A DNA stretch of 64,000 bases from Candidatus Bathyarchaeia archaeon (lineage in GTDB: Archaea > Thermoproteota > Bathyarchaeia > Bathyarchaeales > Bathycorpusculaceae). This document shows, piece after piece, positions 58,841 through 64,000 of this stretch. A program made the position numbers and the translations under genes. Location of the stretch: contig JAVZLQ010000005.1 in NCBI GenBank assembly GCA_038883655.1, positions 10,854-74,853 of the forward strand. The letters run 5' to 3'. Positions within the stretch are counted from its first letter, which is position 1. Each line of letters begins with the position of its first letter. Below the pieces are notes generated by a model. It saw only the letters and a list, made by a program, of their open reading frames with translations, searched no databases and was not told the origin of the DNA.

Positions 58841-59041
58841 CGTTTTCGCTTTGGCGCTTTAAGGGTTTTGTTGTACAACATTCTTTTTCGGATGTTTTTA
58901 GGAGTTTTTCTGGTTTTTTTGTTTTTGGGTTTTTGTAGATTTGTTTTTCAAATAGCCAATATGGTGTAGTAAGTCGTAAGATTTAAATGCTCTTTCTCCC
59001 CTTACATAAACAGCAATCCAAAAAGGAGGGATAAAAAGGAA

Positions 59042-59521
59042 ATGAAGTTGCTTAGGAGTAAGAAAGCCCTCAGCCCGGTAGTCGCATCGATTATATTGAT
59101 TGCCGTTACAGTGGCAGTAAGCATTGCAGTAGCCGCATGGATGGGTGCTTTGGCGGGTTTATTCATGGGTGGTGCAGAGAATCTAAGCGTTGGAAATCCG
59201 TGGGGTTGGGATCTAACCCCGACAGCTAATGATGTTGTCTATGTTAACGTTACAAATAATGGTGGTTCATCGATTACATTAAGCAGTGTTCGTATAGGAA
59301 GTTACGTTGCAAGCTTCATAGCGGAGTACCATTACTACGCGAATGGTACCCTTTGCGCTACAAATGTGAATCCTCCAGTTACGTTGAAGCCAGGTGAAAA
59401 GGCAGGCTTAAAAATCACTTTTACTGGACATGACTTCACTCCGAGTGTGCCATACACCATAACGATAGTGACAGCGGGAAACAGGGAATTCTCAACGCAA
59501 GGTGCGCCGCCTGGTGCATAA
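59042..59521 (+). CDS. Archaeal type IV pilin
   Basis: Class III signal peptide KKA/LSPVVASIILIAVTVAV; V.N.G and Y.I.IVT..G motifs. Confidence 0.9.
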   Translation: MKLLRSKKALSPVVASIILIAVTVAVSIAVAAWMGALAGLFMGGAENLSVGNPWGWDLTPTANDVVYVNVTNNGGSSITLSSVRIGSYVASFIAEYHYYANGTLCATNVNPPVTLKPGEKAGLKITFTGHDFTPSVPYTITIVTAGNREFSTQGAPPGA

Positions 59522-59611
59522 ATTGCTTGCGATCTGTGCTGGGATTGGGGGTGGGGCTTTTAGCCTTTCCATCATTTCCTCTATTGTTTGTGTTTGGAGG
59601 TGTAAGACGCT

Positions 59612-60037
59612 ATGGTGGTTGAGATTAAGGAGTATGGTTCGGCTGAAGAGATAGCTGAAGCTCTTGAGAAGGAAATTTCGGAAACCAAGAGCACTTTAGG
59701 CGAGTATTTGCGTAGGCTTGATGATATTAGGGCTTTAGCCGAAAAGTCAAAGAAGATTCGTGAAGTAGTCTTGAAGTTGGCTGGTAAGAAGGCTGTTGGC
59801 GAGAGCCTCGGCGAAATCACTATTGGCAACTTGAGCATAGTATTAGATGCGAATCCTTTTCATGAGTTGACTGCAATTGAGGAGGTTGTGCGCAGTCATC
59901 AGGAGAGGCTCTTGGTTTTGCAGAAGGCTCGTGAAGCCTTGAAGTGGCTTGATCAGCTTGGTGACACTGAAGGCTTGAAGTATCTTGTTGTTGAGAATGA
60001 CGGTGTTCCTGAGCGGATACTCTTCAAGATATCTTAA
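59612..60037 (+). CDS. Hypothetical helix-hairpin-helix coiled-coil protein
   Basis: GGAGGTG RBS; two amphipathic helices around a beta-hairpin. Confidence 0.75.
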   Translation: MVVEIKEYGSAEEIAEALEKEISETKSTLGEYLRRLDDIRALAEKSKKIREVVLKLAGKKAVGESLGEITIGNLSIVLDANPFHELTAIEEVVRSHQERLLVLQKAREALKWLDQLGDTEGLKYLVVENDGVPERILFKIS

Positions 60038-60063
60038 AGTGCGTAATGGTTGTGTGGTAGAGT

Positions 60064-60903
60064 ATGGATAGCGATGTTTACTCCTTTGCCTTAAAGAGCG
60101 CCTTAGACGAGATTAGGAACTTGTGTCCGGACGTTACTGGTGCCTTCATCTTTAAAGAAGACGGCGAAATCGTTGCTTGTGACGGCGCCTTGTCAGATAA
60201 AGTTATAGTGCGTGTTGTGGACGCCTTTGACGGCATTTTGGATAAGGCAGGCGCCATAGGCGGGGTTAACGCTATAACTATTGATGGTTTGAATGGGCGG
60301 GTTAGTGTTTCGCGTGTTAACGATGTTTACATGGTTATTGCCACTTCAAAGAAGGCTGATGTAAATTATGTGGGCACTGTGACTCGCGTTTTGATTCCGA
60401 CGGTTTTAAGGTTGCTCGATAAAATCTGCCCTACCCCCCTCAAAAGCAAAACTTCAATAGAGGACTTTTCTTTGGAGTCTGAGGAGTCGCCGTTAACGTT
60501 GGAAAGGAAGCCTGTAAGCGAAGCGGCTGCTGTTAAGGAAGAGGAGAAGGTTGAAGAAGTGAAGGTTGGAGAGGCTGAAGTGGAGTCGAAAGCTAAAGCT
60601 TTTTCTGCTGAACCTCCTGTGAATCAGCTTATCGTTGAGAATCTTGGCGGTTTGCTTGTGCCTTCTGATACTGTGCGCATTGATCCAGCGGTTTTGGAGC
60701 AGTGGAGCGAACTCTATGAGGGCATCGAAATTAGGGAGGTTGAAGTTGAAACGTTTGGGGGCAAATCTGTGCGTTGCAAGGTTAAGCCTATTAAGGATTC
60801 AAAATACGAGGGGAGAGGTGTCGTTCAAGTGCCCGAGAAAGTTCAGTCGAGTCTTGAGGTTAAGAAGGGTGAACTTGTCAGGGTTAAGCCTGTTGTTGAG
60901 TAG
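60064..60903 (+). CDS. Roadblock/LC7 domain + acidic linker + double-psi-barrel-like domain
   Basis: LDEIRNLCPDVTGAFIFKEDGEIVA Roadblock pattern; C-terminal VRID...VQVPEK...LEVKKGELVRVKP. Confidence 0.7.
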   Translation: MDSDVYSFALKSALDEIRNLCPDVTGAFIFKEDGEIVACDGALSDKVIVRVVDAFDGILDKAGAIGGVNAITIDGLNGRVSVSRVNDVYMVIATSKKADVNYVGTVTRVLIPTVLRLLDKICPTPLKSKTSIEDFSLESEESPLTLERKPVSEAAAVKEEEKVEEVKVGEAEVESKAKAFSAEPPVNQLIVENLGGLLVPSDTVRIDPAVLEQWSELYEGIEIREVEVETFGGKSVRCKVKPIKDSKYEGRGVVQVPEKVQSSLEVKKGELVRVKPVVE

Positions 60904-60920
60904 TGGGGGGCTAATGGTTT

Positions 60921-61310
60921 ATGGTTAGGAAGAAGCGTGATGAAGGGGTTTCGGCTGTTGCTGCGCCCTTGGCTGTTGAGGAAACTGTAGGCGTTGATTT
61001 GCGCGCTGTTCTTGAGGAGGTTAAGGGTTACAATGGTGTTATTGGGTATATACTGCGGAATTCTACGTCTGCGGCCATCGACCTTAATGACCCTTCGAAG
61101 ATTATTGACTTTGCAATTCTTTCTTCGGCTGCGCTTGAGGCTGGTGATGAAGTTGCTGAAGTTTTCAGTTTGGGTCGTGTTAAAAATGTTGTTGTTGAGG
61201 GCGGCGACGTTAAGGTGCTTTCTTTAGTTGTTGGCGATAATAAGATTAGCGTTTTTATGGAAAAGGGTGCCGATTTAGACAGGGTTTTGAAGAGGTTGCT
61301 TTCGGGTTAG
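60921..61310 (+). CDS. Roadblock/LC7 domain protein
   Basis: LEEVKGYNGVIGYIL...LGRVKNVVVEG pattern. Confidence 0.72.
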   Translation: MVRKKRDEGVSAVAAPLAVEETVGVDLRAVLEEVKGYNGVIGYILRNSTSAAIDLNDPSKIIDFAILSSAALEAGDEVAEVFSLGRVKNVVVEGGDVKVLSLVVGDNKISVFMEKGADLDRVLKRLLSG

Positions 61311-61329
61311 GGGCTTATTTTCTCTCTTT

Positions 61330-61530
61330 TTATTTTACGTTTTGTCCTTGTGCTAAGAGTTTTTGGAAACTTTCTTCGAGTTTTATTTTTTGGGTTTCGG
61401 GGTTTGTTTTTGCGAGGCTGTACTCTTTTAGGAAGTTTATGATTTGCGCTGTCTGTTCTATAGTTAGTTTTGTTTTTTGTTGTATTTCTTTTGGTGTGTG
61501 CCATTTTCCGTCTGCGAGTATTTCTAGCAC
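61330..61530 (-). CDS. Small wHTH protein
   Basis: LADGKWH...IINFLKEY...KIKL; paralog of 62087-62494. Confidence 0.62.
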   Translation of the reverse strand: MLEILADGKWHTPKEIQQKTKLTIEQTAQIINFLKEYSLAKTNPETQKIKLEESFQKLLAQGQNVK

Positions 61531-61725
61531 TTTTGTTAGTGGTGTTGTCGTTGGGTATGTCCCCCGTTGATGATATCGTTTTGCTTTTTGGTTGTTTTTA
61601 TGTTTTCTGGGGTTGTTTTTCAGAAGTTTTTTCTAGAAGATTGTTTAGGGATTAGTTTTATTAGTGGTTTTGTATTATCTTATTATTTGTAGAGTTGTGT
61701 TCGGATTCTGACGAGTGATGCTGTT

Positions 61726-62007
61726 ATGGTTGAGCGGGGAGGCGGAAGACATAGGCGGAGTCGGGTTGAGGTTATAGTTGAGATTTTAAGTGAGGCTTTG
61801 GATGGCGTTAATAAGACTCGGCTTATGTATCGTTGTAACTTGAATTTTGGGAGGTTTAATCGTTATTTGAAGGAGCTTTTGGATGCGGGTTTGATTGAGT
61901 GTATTGCTTCTAATCCTGAGGGCGGCGTAGTGTTGTATAGGACTACAGAGAAGGGGCGTGAGTTGCTTAAGATTTTGCGTAGGGTCGGCGAGTTTATGTC
62001 CGTTTAG
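61726..62007 (+). CDS. Archaeal wHTH transcriptional regulator
   Basis: RRSRVEVIVEIL...KTRLMYRCNLN...YRTTEKG. Confidence 0.85.
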   Translation: MVERGGGRHRRSRVEVIVEILSEALDGVNKTRLMYRCNLNFGRFNRYLKELLDAGLIECIASNPEGGVVLYRTTEKGRELLKILRRVGEFMSV

Positions 62008-62086
62008 CGTCAATTTTAGGCTGTTCTGGACTGTTAAATTGGATACCCCCTCTAGATTTCTGCTGTGCGGTTTGAGAAATAGGCTT

Positions 62087-62494
62087 TTAGTGGATTTTGT
62101 TTATTGCTATTTCGTTTAGTTTTTTGTTTATGCGGATTTCTAGTTCTAGGCTTGTGTCTGTTAGGTTTGTTATGCGTGTGCATTGGATTATTAGCGTTTT
62201 TTGTGGTGGAATTATTATTGTGCCTACGGCTGTTGTTTCTTGTTGTGGCGTTTGGGCTTGCGTTTGCGGTTCTTGTGGGTTTTCTTTTTGGTTTATGATT
62301 AGGGTTTTCCAGTTTTGGTTTAGTTTTATCTGGTTTGTTGCTGGGTTGTGCTGTATCATGTCTGCTTGGGCTAGGAATGCGACTATTTGGTTTGCTTTTT
62401 CCCGTGGGATTTCGAGGGTTTTTGCTACGTCTGTTATGTTGTGCCATACGTTGTCGCTTAGTAGGGCTAACAGTTTTTCTAGTTTTGTTGGCAA
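62087..62494 (-). CDS. wHTH protein with C-terminal beta domain
   Basis: LSDNVWH...IVAFLAQ...QIKL. Confidence 0.65.
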   Translation of the reverse strand: MPTKLEKLLALLSDNVWHNITDVAKTLEIPREKANQIVAFLAQADMIQHNPATNQIKLNQNWKTLIINQKENPQEPQTQAQTPQQETTAVGTIIIPPQKTLIIQCTRITNLTDTSLELEIRINKKLNEIAINKIH

Positions 62495-62799
62495 ATTTTA
62501 GCCTTCTAACATAATTTATGTTGGGTTGGGTGGGTATTATACGCTTCTGTTTTTGTTGCTTATAAAGGGTTAAGAACTTTTAGGCTAGACTAATGGTCTG
62601 GTTTTGGATATGTTCTATTTTTGTTATAGTCTTTTGGTCTAGTTCTTTGTTTCATTGGTGTTTATATGCTGTTGTTGACAGACATATTGTGTGGTTAGGC
62701 AATTTAGCCGGCTAGTTGCACATTTAAGCGGTTAGGCCGGTCTAACCCGTGCCGAGTGTGGGGCACGTTAAATATACCCAAAAGAGGAGAAGGAGAGTG

Positions 62800-63429
62800 A
62801 TGAAAGAAATGGATACTAAAAAGATTATGGCAACATTTGCAATACTCATGATAGCGTTAGGCGTAGCAGGATTCGCTTACGCCCACTGGAGCGAAACACT
62901 ATATTTGAACGGTACTGTTAATACTGGTCGTGTGTGCGCGGAATGGTCTTTTAATGCGATATTGCCACAATCAAATCTTAAGGATTTGGATGGTGATGGG
63001 CAAGAGGATGACCCAGTCGCCGTGCTCACATATACAATGAGTGATACTGATCAGGATGGCTGCAATGACACGTTAACAGTGACTCTTACGAATGCCTATC
63101 CAAGTTTGACGGTTGAAGGAATGATTGACGTCACAAACTGTGGAACAATACCAATAGGCATCTACGACTACGATTGGACTATAACTGACAATTCAAATAT
63201 TGCTGGTGCTGTTGAGCTTTTGAATGTGGACTTTTACTTGAAAGACCCACAAGGTGGCATTCACCCAATAACAGTGGACATTGAGGCGTGGATTGAGGAA
63301 GTGAACCAGATTGACCCTGGCTGGTCGCTTGTCTGCGAATTCAAAATACACTTCACGCAAAGCTTACCAGAAGACGCTACAGCAACAATTAGCGCATGGA
63401 TAGAGTTCTGGAACTGGAACGAACTCTAA
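62800..63429 (+). CDS. TasA/CalY-like fibre subunit with SipW-type signal peptide
   Basis: GFAYA/HWSETLYLNGTVNTG; NAYPS...NCGTIP; DxDxDG loops. Confidence 0.72.
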   Translation: MKEMDTKKIMATFAILMIALGVAGFAYAHWSETLYLNGTVNTGRVCAEWSFNAILPQSNLKDLDGDGQEDDPVAVLTYTMSDTDQDGCNDTLTVTLTNAYPSLTVEGMIDVTNCGTIPIGIYDYDWTITDNSNIAGAVELLNVDFYLKDPQGGIHPITVDIEAWIEEVNQIDPGWSLVCEFKIHFTQSLPEDATATISAWIEFWNWNEL

Positions 63430-63447
63430 ACGGACAGGTGATAACCA

Positions 63448-64000
63448 ATGACGCTCTTAAAGAAGTCCAAAACAGCATTGCCCACAATTGCCGCCATTGC
63501 ATTAATAACATTGGCAATTGTAGGCTTCACATACGCTCACTGGAGCGAAACACTATGGCTAAACGGCACAGTAAACACTGGCGAACTAGATTGGGAATTT
63601 GCATCACCAAGGTGCATTGACGTAGGGGTAGACTATCACTGCTTAGAGGGCTTTCCTCTTGTCGGAGATGACTATTACTGGCCAGACCCTGATGGAAAAA
63701 ACATCGGCTGGCAAAACTTAACATTAGTTGACTCCGATAATGATGGAGATAAGGACACGCTATTGATTGAACTGCACAATGTTTATCCAAGCTACTTCAC
63801 GGAAGTAGGCTTCTATGTGCACAACTGTGGAACAATACCGCTAAAAGTTGACAGAGTAATATTCAAAAACTCAACACATGTAGTTGGCGAATTTAGAAAA
63901 GGAGTACCATACCTCAAAGTTGACCTAAACGGAGACGGCAAATTTGACATAGAATTCCAATGGGGCGACAATTTCGGAGTACAGATAGACCCATGCAGCC
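63448..64000 (+). CDS. Second TasA/CalY-like subunit (partial, runs off window)
   Basis: Hand-translated MTLLKKSK...GFTYA/HWSETLWLNGTVNTG...NVYPS...NCGTIP; AGGTGA RBS; absent from ORF track. Confidence 0.75.
   Translation, partial: MTLLKKSKTALPTIAAIALITLAIVGFTYAHWSETLWLNGTVNTGELDWEFASPRCIDVGVDYHCLEGFPLVGDDYYWPDPDGKNIGWQNLTLVDSDNDGDKDTLLIELHNVYPSYFTEVGFYVHNCGTIPLKVDRVIFKNSTHVVGEFRKGVPYLKVDLNGDGKFDIEFQWGDNFGVQIDPCS

Noticed and set aside
62690-62770. c-di-GMP-I riboswitch
   Set aside because: Only short words (GGCAA, CCGGTCTAA) resemble it; the GNRA-capped P2 and GCAAA junction are missing

Overview
Archaeal chromosomal DNA, most consistent with Bathyarchaeia (TACK): gatDE, eS30, Elp3, Rio2, Sm, BHB-intron tRNAs and PEF-CTERM surface proteins. 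Positions 1 to about 2.9 kb look like the right end of an integrated virus or plasmid. Its last ORF (CcdA/RHH-like N-terminus) runs in frame into the 5' end of an intron-containing tRNA-Lys(UUU), as expected for the N-fragment of a split tyrosine integrase. The middle is mostly housekeeping, transport and redox genes. There are six tRNA genes in total, three with non-canonical introns. Best candidates for undescribed biology: (i) a 58.5-64 kb surface/biofilm locus with a type IV pilin, a coiled-coil protein, two Roadblock/LC7 proteins (one fused to a double-psi-barrel-like domain), four wHTH proteins and tandem TasA/SipW-type fibre subunits; (ii) an unassigned highly structured RNA of about 145 nt plus a small ORF upstream of cysS; (iii) a four-member family of small hairpin-helix + wHTH proteins next to a stand-alone NurA-HerA pair; (iv) kb-scale G+T versus A+C strand-skew domains that ignore gene orientation. 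All product calls come from motif recognition by eye; no database searches were run.
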